Shown piece after piece: positions 1 through 11,566 of a DNA stretch of 64,000 nt (positions are counted from its first letter, which is position 1; every line of letters begins with the position of its first letter). The DNA comes from Oikopleura dioica. Taxonomy: Eukaryota > Animalia > Chordata. A program made the position numbers and the translations under genes. The stretch is taken from positions 3,472,001 to 3,536,000 of the forward strand of contig OU015568.1 in the NCBI GenBank assembly GCA_907165135.1. Reading direction: 5' to 3'. Below the pieces are notes generated by a model that did not search any database, had not been told where the DNA came from, and was given only the letters and a program-made list of their open reading frames with translations.

Positions 1-755
1 ATTACTGGTGGAAAGCCATAAGATGGAACTGAAACATTGAAATTATCCTGCAGATAATTGAGGTCAATAGCGGGCATAAGTCCACGAGACAGAATCGTGA
101 GGGTGAATAAAGGAGCAACAAATATTCCAACCAACAAGTCAGCAATTGCAAGCGATATTTTATACGAGCCATAAGCGTTTTTGAAGCTCTCGCTGTTCTT
201 CGTGATTAGAATGACGATAATATTGAGAGTAATGCATAAAATCGTCAAAATTATTCCAAGAACAACTGCTATTGAAAGTTTCATTTTGCAAGAAAATGAA
301 ATTATGTCGAATAATCTCGGCTTCGTCTCCAAAAATCGCTGAGCATCAGAACCAAGTGAAACAGGTCCGCAGAATGGGACGATATTCAGGCTCTCGGTAT
401 AGCTTCCTGAGTCGATTGTTCTCATGTTTTGGCAGAACAGCTGATCGGAATCACATGAAGAGTTGGAGCATAAATGCTCGTAGAGAATTCCATGATATGG
501 GGTTATTGCTAGTAGTTTTTCTTCGCAAACAGAATTGAATATTTCAGCTAAAAATTTGAATTAATCTCTCCTTTATAAAATTAAAGGTTTGCCAAGATTA
601 GCATGAATGTCGAAAAAGTCAGTAACGTCAAAAAACAATTAATAATTACCTGAGCAGTTTTCTTTAATAAATCTCAAAAATCCAGCGACTCCTTTTCCAC
701 AAAAGCTCTCTCCATCAACCTCTCCGGGTATCTTTCCATAAGTCACGTTACACAT
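1..755 (-). CDS. Class A (rhodopsin-like) GPCR, 5' part; 3' end runs off the window
   Basis: Minus-strand translation gives TM1 (LSIAVVLGIILTILCITLNIIVILI) and the TM2 motif SLAIADLLVGIFVAP. An upstream exon (MCNVTYG...KENCS) joins in frame through a phase-1 GT-AG intron at about 549-650. Confidence 0.8.
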
Positions 756-1248
756 GTTTCTCTTTGCCCCGAAATCCGACTCGAATGGGACATAAAGTCG
801 GACATAAATTGGCGATCATTTTTAAAGCCGCCATGTTGAGTTTGGCTCATTTTTAGCTTATTGAAAAAGGAAATGAAAAAGATCGGCTTAGTCAAGCTAG
901 AGCTGATTGAGATTCGGCAGCGTTTAGGGGGCTTAAGAAAATCACCAACCATTACCGGCAAATTTGAAAATTATTATCCAATTTTCAAAAATGATGGATT
1001 CAAGGATAGAAGCTCATCTTTTAGTTGTATTTTTTCGATTTAAAAATAATATGAGTAGAACCTTTTCATTGCGGCTTTCGTTGGAAATAAATTATTCTTT
1101 CTTTACCAAAAATCGAAACCGCAATCGAATGGATAAAATGATCCATCTTCAAAAAGAAAAATTAATTCATCCTGCAAATTGACACTTTCTTTTGCATTTA
1201 AAATGAGCGTCAACTTATTTCATGCATCATTTTCACCTTTTTTGAAGA

Positions 1249-1505
1249 ATGATAAAAATCAACTTTATTTTTATCGCCATTTTTGCGATGCTTATGCATT
1301 CAAGAGACGCGTTTTTAGTTGTTCCTTTTGACGGAAGTGATGTGGTAGATCGACGGTCTTATTCTGACTGGTTCAGGTACACAATGAAATGATAACATCA
1401 ATAAAAAGTTCAAGATCTCCTGAGCTCCAGCCACGAAACGATCATTTCTTCCACTCCTTCATGGACGAGTCTCTCAGAGACATGTCTGCCGTTCGATACC
1501 GATAA
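1249..1505 (+). CDS. Small secreted peptide precursor, about 72 aa, two exons
   Basis: ATG 1249; hydrophobic leader MIKINFIFIAIFAMLMHSRDA; 38-nt GT-AG intron 1377-1414 keeps the frame; product ...VDRRSYSDWFRSPELQPRNDHFFHSFMDESLRDMSAVRYR*. Absent from the ORF track because it is spliced. Confidence 0.55.
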
Positions 1506-1566
1506 AATTTCACATAAATTATTCTTTTATTAATCACTGAATGTTTATACAGAAAAATATACGTCC

Positions 1567-2430
1567 TTACAACTGCGCAATATTATCATAAATCGCGCTT
1601 TCTTTTGAAGCAATTCGTTCAATTTTCGCTGTTGTCGCGACTTTGTTTTCTTCCTTGATTTCTGTTGACGCTTTTTTCGATGGAAGACGGGCTTCGTCGA
1701 TGGAGGTGTAAACCAACTCACTGAAAAAAAGCTTTTAGAAGTGCTTTGAAATGAGAAATAATTACGAGTAGCGGCCATAAATTGACTTTTCCGAGTCTTC
1801 AGTTTCTTCATCCTCGATAAGTTTCATTTCTGGGATTGATGGCAGTTTCTAAAAAAGTAAAATTCGATGAAATTGAAAATCAACCTACTGCATTGACTCT
1901 TGAAAGCCGGGGAAGATCTTCTTTCATGTTCTTGAGCTGTGTTGTATCATTTTTCTCTTCGTCACTTTTATCCGAAACATCGGTCGAGCTATCAATAAAT
2001 TAAAGTTTCAATTTATGAAGCGGTACCTGTACTGAAAACCGAAAAATCCAAGGAGCAAAATGTGCAAAACAATTGAAATTCCACCAAAAACTGCAAGAAC
2101 AATGTATTTTTCGCCCATTTCTCCGGCTTGATTGTGCCTAAGCATCAGCCCCTTGATCGTAAAAAGAAGCATCAGAGGAATCGCAATGATGAAAACTGCG
2201 AAAAGTTGAAGAATGAACTCTGTTCTCGCAGCAATTTCACGCTTTGGGATGAATTGCAAAATGAAGAACAGAAGAGTAAGCAAAGAAACGACGATTGAGC
2301 TCCAATTGACCAAAGCAAGAGGGGTGGAAAATCTCGTCGAGTCTTCGATGCGACTGAAATAGGCGATTCCGCTTGTCAAAATGACTGTAACCAGCAGCAG
2401 TATGTTCTTAACGTTCCCTTGGAGTGACAT
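1567..2430 (-). CDS. Four-TM membrane protein with acidic, tyrosine-motif cytoplasmic tail
   Basis: ORF 2008-2430 has four hydrophobic segments. Three short GT-AG introns extend it in frame through SSTDVSDKSDEE, KLPSIPEMKLIEDEE and SELVYTSIDE to SAIYDNIAQL*. Confidence 0.6.
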
Positions 2431-3046
2431 TTTATTCTCTTTCGTTCGATTCTCTTTTCGGAAATCCGCTTTTTGTGAAAAGAGTTTGGCGATCCTTCAT
2501 TTGCTAATATAACCGGCAGTTATCGCTGCCCCAGCTGCATGTCTCTCCGAGACATGGCTATATCGGAATAACATTATTATCAAGCGCTTCCACAAATACG
2601 TTTATTATCACTTTTTTGAACATTTTTGAATCGTAAGTTTTTGGAATCGATCCACTTCTCCGATCCGCAAATCCGACCGGTGCTTTTCCAACCGCTCAAA
2701 AATCCAAAACAAATCCATTTCGCTTAAAGAAATTCACCTGAAACTAAACCGGTACCGCCGAAAACATTCTCAATTTGTCGGTTTTTTCGTGAACGTGATA
2801 CTAATGCGGCGCTTTGCGCTGATCTCGCTAATAACATCTTTGAGACTTTGGATGCTTCTTTGGTACAATTCTCTTTCGCGGGAAGAGGATTTGGAACTTG
2901 AGCGGGAGCGAAATTCCGCCGAGTCGTATATATTTGTGGCGAGAAAGAGATGAAACTCAGTTTTAAGTTAAGAGTCCACAGAAAACCATAAGGTAAGATT
3001 TCTTTATTTTCCTGCTTCAAATTTTATTATTTTCAATTTTAGAAGG

Positions 3047-3786
3047 ATGAAACTCTCCGCTCTTATGGCGCTCGCTGGCAGCACCGTCTCGGCTGAACGT
3101 CCATTAAACGTCTTTATGGACGAAACACTCCCCTGTGAAAACTTCGCCGACGTCTTTCCCCCAGAACAGTTCCCCGATATGAAAACCAACTGCAAGATCA
3201 AGAGCAACAAGAAGAAAACCAAGGCCTACTGCAACCTCATCTGCCTCAACGGGCAACACAACGTCTGGTCGACGCGAAACATCAAGTGCAAGCGAGTCCG
3301 AAACAACCAGGACCCCGACTATCAGCTCGGCGAGTACAGATGGCGTCCAAATACGATCAAGGATGCTGGCTCTCTTTGTGATGTCAAGGAGCGATGCCAA
3401 GATCCAAAGAAGGTCTACAACTTGACCAACAAGCTCCTCAGCTACGAAAAGAACATCGATGGCCGACGAACCTGGTACAATTTCTCGTAAGTGACCAACT
3501 AATTCTTCTCCTTTCTCATTCTGTCCCTTAGATGTGACGATATGGTCAGTGACAACAAGGTCTTCGAGATGATTCCCTTCCCAACTGATGCTGTCTCTTG
3601 TACTTGCAACTTCAACAAACCATCCAATGTTCGATGCAAGTGGTCAAAGGTAAACATCAATACAAGCACCTCAACTCCATTTTTAACTCACTTTAGGTCA
3701 AAAACTCGATCGTCCGATGCGTCCGAAAGGACAAAGAAGACAAGTTCTTTGACGGCAGCTTCATGTACGACGATATGTACGAGTAA
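3047..3786 (+). CDS. Secreted Cys-rich protein with two sushi/CCP-like modules (oikosin-like, paralog 1)
   Basis: Signal peptide MKLSALMALAGSTVSA; three exons; ends FFDGSFMYDDMYE*. Clearly homologous to 12825-13650. Confidence 0.75.
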
Positions 3787-4657
3787 ATCATCAATGGCTA
3801 GCTTCTGACTGCGTCTGCTCTTTTCATATCGGAAATCTCCTATCCCTAATCCCCCAACATGTACTGTATGTATTATCAATATCAACCCCTTTCATCCCTT
3901 CTTTCCTTACTTTCTTTTGCATAGCGAGCGTAACGGCAGATTATCGATTTATTTGTTTTACTGTAAGAGCCCATGATCAGCTCATCCTGCTGTGACAAGT
4001 GAGTCGGACACTAAGAAGTTCCTCTTTTTAGCCCTCTCACGCAAACCCCCTCACCGAGCCTGCCCGAGGGCGTTTCCCAAATGCCCGAGTCCGCAAAATT
4101 TCTGATCGTTTGTGGAAACTCCGCCAGGCGAAAAAGAATTACCGCGGAAGGCGCTAAAAACGGCCGAACAAAGAGGAACAGACTTGACCGGCCATTGACA
4201 GTTCGATGGTTAACCGGACGACCCTCTTCTTTAGCCGCTTTCGTGCCTGTACGTGGCGACTGTATTTCGCCAATTGTGAGTTTCGACAATCTGATCATCC
4301 TGGAAATCCTTTCCGGGACGGATGATGACGGTGGAAACGGCCGATGACGGAAAAGGGGATAAATGACGGTAAAATGTCGGTTTTATTTTAACATCGTATG
4401 TCCCACACAGTCATATCTACTGTAACACTCGTATGACTGTACGTTTTAAAATCTCTCAGGCTGCCTGAAATCGAATCTTTCCAAAGGTTATGACGTGCAA
4501 TCAAAATATCCTTCTGACGGAAAATTAATAAAATACTTTGCCAAGCTCTATTTCCTTCGGTATTCTTGAAATTTATTCTGATACGGGCAGGTTAGAAAAA
4601 AGACGGTTACATGAGAAAAATCGACACTTGAATGGGAGAACCCCTCTTGTGAGAAAA

Positions 4658-5974
4658 TTATCGTTTGGCGACAAGGTCGGCTGGATATTCCGAAACAGAA
4701 AGTCCTCGTACTTTCCAAAGGCGGTCGGCACGTTCTGGAATCGTTCCAGTTGATTTCAAGCCTCGGAGCATCAAGAGTTCGCCAAGACGATCGAGTGATT
4801 CGGACATCAGGGAATCGATCGATTCAAGTTTCATCAAGTCAATGTCCTGATAAAAAATCGTTATCCGTTACTAGAAATCATGAAGGAAAGGTACCTGTAT
4901 TTTGTTGAGCTCAAATTGTTTTCGTTCGCCAATGTTTTTGCCGAGCAGATGACTGTACATTGCGTCAGAGTGGCTGGTTGTCTTCGCAGAAGCTGTGATT
5001 GATCCACCCTAATAAGGTTCAGTAAGAAAGCAGTCAAATGATTGAAGCAAACCTTGATGGGTCGAGTTGGGCCAGTATTGACGACGCTTTTAACCGGCAT
5101 AAATTCGTCCTCTAACGAGCTGCAGTCAGAGTCAGTATCGTCTCCCGCGCTCTGCTCCCTTATTCGTCGCTCTTCTTCTTCCTAGAAAAAAGGGATAAAG
5201 AAAAAATAATCTTTGAATCACTCACTCGTCTGCGTTTTTCTTCAGCTTGTTTTCTCAATTTCGCGGCTGCTAGAGCCACAGATTCGGCCGTTTGTGCTGT
5301 TGATTTCTCCTTGGATTCGACGTATTCTTCGTCTTCGAAGTAGTGCTTCCCTCCGTGCTCGCCAGCAGCGGTTTTGATGATCGTCTCCATCTTCTTTGCT
5401 CGTTTTTCTTCTCGCTCGATCGCCAGCTAAATCAACCTTTGAAAAAGCCCCTCTTCGAAATTTCTCTTACCTGTTTGTCTTTCTCGATCTTTCGCTTTTT
5501 GGCCTCAACAAGATCTTTTTCGTACTCTTTTGATCGAATTCTTGATCCATCAAGGTTTCTGCAGGATTTTCTGTCGGTTGTGTTGTGGATTTGGGAGCCA
5601 ATCGCTCGGAGAAGTGAGCCAAATCCTCCTTTTCCGCCGAGGAGCTTTTTTGGGTTTCAGAAAAATCATTTTTTGAAAGACAATTTATAAATTTGCAGGG
5701 GCCCGAAATGATTGAAAATTTCAATTTGAAATTATTAACGAAATATGAAAGAATCTTTCGAAAATTCTGATGCGATTCCAAATGACTAGATTTACCGGAA
5801 TAACGTACTAAAAATCTGCATGACCCATTCCTTGAAGGAAACTTGAAGAATAGAGCACTCACAAGCTTCAAGATCATCAGTGGAGCTGACAATTGCTCCA
5901 GAATCTGCTCGCAGAACGACTTGCTCAGAGCTCAGTAGCTCTTCAACCCGAGGATCAAATTTTGAAATGTGCAT
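4658..5974 (-). CDS. SDE2: SDE2 replication-stress/splicing factor
   Basis: Diagnostic LLGGKGGFGSLLRAIGSQI...SCRNLDGSRIR after an N-terminal ubiquitin-like part. C-terminal SAP-like segment LDRLGELLMLRGLKSTGTIPERADRLWKVRG. Confidence 0.9.
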
Positions 5975-6124
5975 TTTTTTCTGAAATAGAAAGATAAGGT
6001 AAAATTTGGTACATAAAAATATCTTTAAAATTTGAGTACAAAAATAGAAAAATAAGTTTTCACTGTGAAGTCGTAGAAAAAATAGCGTTTGATAAATGAG
6101 AAATAAATGAAGAGAGATGTTTTC

Positions 6125-8791
6125 CTAACTGGGCGATAAATTGTACACGGAAACGCCTTGCGCAGTGGCGGCGAGTAAGAGGAGTCCGGATTTGGACGAT
6201 TGCGAGAAGCGCAAATCTGAGCATCTGAAAAGTGTGGTTACGAGCGGTGCGTAACGCCCGATTTTCGGGTACCCTTTGATTCCCAGTGCTGATGAATTCA
6301 GCGGCCGGGACAAGTCGAGCTGGAACAGGTCTGATTCTGTCGAGTAAATAAGCGTTCCGTTATCGGCGCAACAGCCTCTAAGATATGAAATAAATCAACT
6401 TGATTGTCAATGGCTACGAACCTAGGCGATTGGCCTACAGTATGAACCTCTCGTAAGCTCTTCAAGTCGTAGATATTGATCTCGCCGAAGTTTTGAGCGA
6501 TAAGAACGCTGGCTTTCGTGTCAGTAAGTAGTTTCTCAGCTGGAATAGTTACTGGAATGATACCGAGTCGTTTGGAGAGATTGGTACGAGAAATAATGAC
6601 GATTTTGGAGAAAGTAGCGATGAATATGCGGGAGCTATCGATGGCGATTGCGGAAATATCGCTGTCGATGTCGATGGACTTCTGAAAATAAAGTCAGATC
6701 TGTATATATCGATATTGAGTACCTGTAATTGTAGCTCCTTCCCTTCTTCATTCAGCCGCCAAAGTCGAATTCCTCCATGCACATCTGCAGTAAACAACTC
6801 ATCTCCTTCCATAACCATGTCCGAAATGCTTGCCCGGTGTCCCTTCGCGACCAAATCAGTGGTAAAAACACTCTTGTCAGGAAAAACGACAAGGATTGAA
6901 CCAAAAGTAGTGCCGACAAAAACAAGACTTCGCCATATGCGAACTTTTCGACCAGAAATCGGCATAGACCAAATTGGGGTGGAGGGATCGCGGAGGTTAA
7001 AGAGTTTTACTTCTGTTTTCGTTAAGATCGTGGTTTTTATCCAATCGGTGTCTGAAAAATTGAATGGAGAAGGTGCTTTGTCAGCACCCTGACTGATGTG
7101 TCTACACAGGACTTGTCAGAACTTACTGAGCGCAGCTTTGACTTACCCATATCGATTGCTTCGGGCTCTGGAAAACGTATTCCCGTATTCGGCGACCGGG
7201 AAAAACTTTCATGCGCGATTTCTTCATCAATTTCCTCGAGCAAATGTTCGACCAACTGAGCCGATCGCTCGAACTTTTCCGGATTTATTCTCCCACCGGG
7301 CAAAGAGAAGGTCTTCTGAGAAGCAGATCCTTCGATGGTGACAGCAGATTCAAGATTTTGTGTCCAAATGTCGGAGTGGTGAATCGAGGTTGTTTGCGTT
7401 TCTTGGTTTATGAAGTTTTCATCTGTCCCGATGGCGATGTTTTTCAATCGATTTGCGCCTATGTTTCGCATAAAGCGAGTGTAGTCCGACTCAGGAAACG
7501 ACCTTCAATTCGAGTCATAAGCCCTTGAGTTCCTTGATTTTGAATTTACCTGAAGTAAATTTCTGAGCTCAAATCCAGCGTCACTAATTTTTGTAGTTCT
7601 TTTGCTCGTTTCCAGCCGGCTCCGGATCCTCGATTTCGTCGCTTTTCCGAATTGATAGAAAAGAGCGATTCGGACTTTTTCGCTGGAACATTTTCTTTCT
7701 GGATATTGACGTTGATTTCGCGCAGGTTTTCAAAGAGATCCGTCGATTTTTCTGACTTCAAAGCTACCTAAAATCTGTTTTAGTCTTTTCTCCTTTTTTC
7801 GAATCGAAGCGCGGCTTTCTCTTTGGTCGAGCTCGAATACGCAAGCGGCTTCTCGTTTTAAAAAATCTGTTCAAAATCCTTTTATGACATCGTTACCTGT
7901 GAGTTTTCTCTATTTATCGCGTTCTGAATAGCTTCCCAGTCCTCTTCAGGACTCGGATTTTTGTTCTCCTTCTTTTCCTTCCCTTCATCTTTTCTCCTTT
8001 CTTCTCTTTCCAGCCTCTCTTCTTGTTCAGCTTTGGTCTCAAACTCGACGTCTTCAAAATCATCGTCGTAGATTTCGTCAAAATCTTCTTCATAAATTTC
8101 ATCTCCAGAAGAATCTCGATCTGGCTCAAAAGTCGCAAATTCCTCGTCTTTGTAAGGATCCTCGTTGATGATTTTTTCCTCGTCTTTTAATTTTCTAGCA
8201 GTGGTCGATTTCAAGTACCCAGCTTCGCCACCGCTTGATTTTTTCGAGCTTTCTCGAGCTTTCGAAGATTTTTTTCGTTCCAAATTGTTTTCGCTTCTTT
8301 CTCGCTTTGAATTTGACTTTTTCAGCGCTAGATCTTTCTCTTCTTTTCTTCGCTCTTTTTGTTTCCGCTTCGCCCTTTCTTCTGGAGTCTCTTTTTCCTT
8401 TTCGCGCTGTTTTCGCTTCGCTCTTTCTTCAGGAGTTTCCTTCGCGCGCTTTTCTCGAGCTTCGCGTCGTTTTCGTTTTTCTCGCTCTTCCTCTGTCTCC
8501 TAAAAATAGAAATTAGTTGGGCTAAAGCGGGGCTGCGGGAGGGGCTAAGCAGCCTTAGCTAGGTTTCTACACAGGTTGCCTAGCCTAGGATCTGGGAAAA
8601 TGTGAGCACATACCTTTGGTCTTGATTTTCTCTCCTTTTCTTTTCTAATTTTTCGCTCTTCTTCCGTTTCTTTTCGCCTTGTTCTTTCTATTTTATCTGC
8701 TTCTCTTCTGTTCCCAGATTTTTCTCTAAAAATCCATTTCAAACTTATCCATTTCTACAGAACATATTCACCGTTCAATTTTTCCAGTCAT
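6125..8791 (-). CDS. DYNC2I1: Dynein-2 intermediate chain WDR60
   Basis: K/E/R-rich N-terminus, then acidic YEEDFDEIYDDDFED, WEAIQNAINREN, LVTLDL..DYTRFMRNIG..IGTDEN..QT, FERSAQLVEHLLEE and WD40 repeats (FVGTTFGSILV; GHRASISD). Motif order matches WDR60. Confidence 0.85.
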
Positions 8792-8951
8792 GGTCTTTTT
8801 TCGTTATTTTTCTCTTTTTCCCATTCTTAGCTCCATTGATGACTCATTTTTTCCCCCGCTCGGGCCAATCAGCGCTCGATTTAGAGAAAAACTGAAATCA
8901 GAAAAAAAAGTATGAAAATGAGCGAACTTTTGTGAAAGAAGAGAAAAATCG
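8792..8951. promoter_or_regulatory. Putative bidirectional promoter between DYNC2I1 and mitoguardin
   Basis: 160 nt separate two divergent start codons; CCAAT box (GGGCCAATCAG) at about 8861. Confidence 0.5.
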
Positions 8952-11065
8952 ATGGAAGACGTGATTAACCAAAAACCTGGGATAATCAGAAGATCCGTTG
9001 GATGCTTGAAAGATGTGTATAATCATAAAAACTTTGTCAGATACTCGTTGTACACTGTTGCTGGCTCTACTACTGTACTAGGTACGTTTTTGATAGTCTT
9101 AGGAATCCTTAGGATGAATATACTTGCTTCTTATTGGCAGAAAACCTTCTTAGATAAGATAAATTCTGTTTCTTACTAATAATAATTGATTTTTCTGTAG
9201 CTATTTGGGTCTACTTCCGAAAACGCCAAAAGAAAAAGCCGATTTCCCTGTCTTCAATTTCAAATGACAATCTCGATGCATCTCCCCTTAGAAAAGACGT
9301 CCATGTTTCTCAAATCAACAGAAGCGCCGGAGAACGACTGTACCTAGAACTTGGTAGTGGAACGTCGCAGGCGATGATGTCGAGCTCTGAGAGCTGTTCG
9401 AGTTTGACGAATTCGATGAGCTCGGAAGATTTGAACGTCGTGATTCACGAGTGTCTTTCTCGGGGATTGAGGGAGCTCAAAATGGGATTGGACTTGTCGG
9501 GCTACGATGGAAGCAGAAGTGGTAAGCGCTCGCGGCACCAATCTACTAACAGTTACAGGATTTGAAAGTTTGCTTCTCACTCTTTTCTTGCTTTTATTAA
9601 AAATGCGTGTTTCCATCAGCTTTCATCATCGAAAACGAAGCTCAACCCTTTATCCATCAGAATCAGAATGCTCAACTCCCGGCTCACTCCGCTCCTCAGG
9701 CAGCAACAGAGCTCCTTCAGGACGAAAGCGCGTCAATTCCCGCCGCAGAATGGGAAGTATCAGCAATTCTATGTCAAACTCGACGGCTTCGACGACGGAG
9801 ATTCTTGAAGAAGTCGCGACTATTCTAAAAGCGCAACAGCGTATCGAGCAGATTATTGAATCCGACCCGTGTTTGGCTAGTTCTAGCGACTCGATCAAGG
9901 AAATTATTCAACATGTGAGAACAGAATCCGAATCGTCGGGGAATGAGTCCGTCGCGTCTCAAAGAACTGTCCGTTCTGGCAGATGGTAGGGTCACTCCCC
10001 TGGTTCTTTATTCACACTCGATCCTTTCTAGGTCGCCAAGCGGTTCTAGCGTCGATTCTTTCATGACCGCCGACGAAGACTTCGAACTGACAACCTTTCC
10101 ATTCCTTGGCGCGGCGTACGAGCTCGCTGATGACGACAGAATTTACACCAGAAAAATTCGCTACGAACTTTGCGGCGTCAAAACGGAACGAGAATTCCTC
10201 GCAAAGCTGCATTGCATCAGAGAAGCGGAGAAGCTTTGGCTCAGTGACAAGGCCTCTCGCGTTTGGTTGAAAGATGTAACATGTGTTATTTTTACTGGCT
10301 TGCTGCAAGCTGATGGTTCTGATCCCGAACCATGCCAAGGTACGAAAATGACGAATAACTCATCGAAATAACATGTCTTTTTTTAGAAAACTTTGAATCC
10401 TTGTGCGACTGGTGCGAGGACAACTACGAAGAAATGTGCAAAAGTCTTTCGCACAAAGGCATCTGCGAAATCTCCATATTCGACGTCGTCATTGATCTTT
10501 GTCTCCTCGATGGACTAGATCTTCTTTCCAGCCCTCCAGCAGCCATGATGTCCGGTAGGCGCTTGGCTTTCTTGATCCTATTTTTAATTCGAGTTCAGTC
10601 CTTTCAAATCGCTGGATGAGCGATGATTTCAAGAAGACGGCGATGACGACAGCCCTTTGGAGCTACATCAGTCGCTGCAGATCGGATCCCGTAAACAACA
10701 ATCCGTTCATGGGTAAACTCCTCGATTTGGCAAAAACGGTCACTCCTGCAATCTGCTGGGGGCAAATGGGACCACAGCGAAAGTTCGGCGAGCTATTGCG
10801 GAGCTTCAAGGTTCGTTTCAAATTCTTTGATTATATTTTTATTTGATTTCTTTAGTCGGAGATAATCTCACTCTGCCAAGATCTTTTCGCCTACCGAGAC
10901 AGCTGGGGATCGAAAGAACACTTGTCAAAGGACCTGAGAAACGTCATCGCATCAACCTGTCACCGGCTAATCGACATTTTGAACGAAAAAACAGAAAGTG
11001 AAATCTTATTCGTCGAGCCTCCAAAAATGATAGAAGAACTGACTGAAGCTGGCGATCACTCTTGA
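8952..11065 (+). CDS. MIGA: Mitoguardin (MIGA1/2, FAM73 family)
   Basis: N-terminal TM; SVDSFMTADE; RKIRYELCGVKTEREFLAKLHCIR; IFDVVIDLCLLDGLDLLSSPP; NRWMSDDFKKTA; TPAICWGQMGP. These match the mitoguardin lipid-transfer domain in order. Confidence 0.9.
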
Positions 11066-11294
11066 AACCTGACGATTTTTCTTTAACTTCTGTGCTGTCT
11101 ATTACATGTATCTGTTATCCTACCTCATTAATAAATGTGCAACCAAAATAGCAAAACAATAGAAAAGCTGTCTTCAAAGTCATGTAACATTGGCAGTTTT
11201 GTCCAGAAGTTAATTTTTAATTCCCAAAGTATAAAAATAAGCGGTTTCTATTTTCTATTCAATGAACTTCAAAATTTTATTTTCGCTTTTTTCA

Positions 11295-11566
11295 ATGATC
11301 AGTAGTAGCGAGTCGGCTTCTCAGACGAATTTGAGACTCTATCTCGAGGAGCGAATAGCGCTCAAGAACGAACTTCGTCTTTGGAAAGATACAGGTGCCA
11401 ATAAATCTTAATAAGCACATGTAGATAAGGCGCTCTAGGAAAAATTCAAGACCGATTGCTCAATATTGGACGAGATCGAATGCAAGAAATCATCAAGCAA
11501 CGCCAAGCAAATAGATTTCTGAGCAAAATGTTGGCAGGTTTTATGCTCAATCATTCCATTGAATAA
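11295..11566 (+). CDS. Small helical protein of unknown function, about 75 aa, two exons
   Basis: MISSSESASQTNLRLYLEERIALKNELRLWKDT joined by a 44-nt GT-AG intron to GKIQDRLLNIGRDRMQEIIKQRQANRFLSKMLAGFMLNHSIE*; AATAAA at the stop. Confidence 0.4.
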
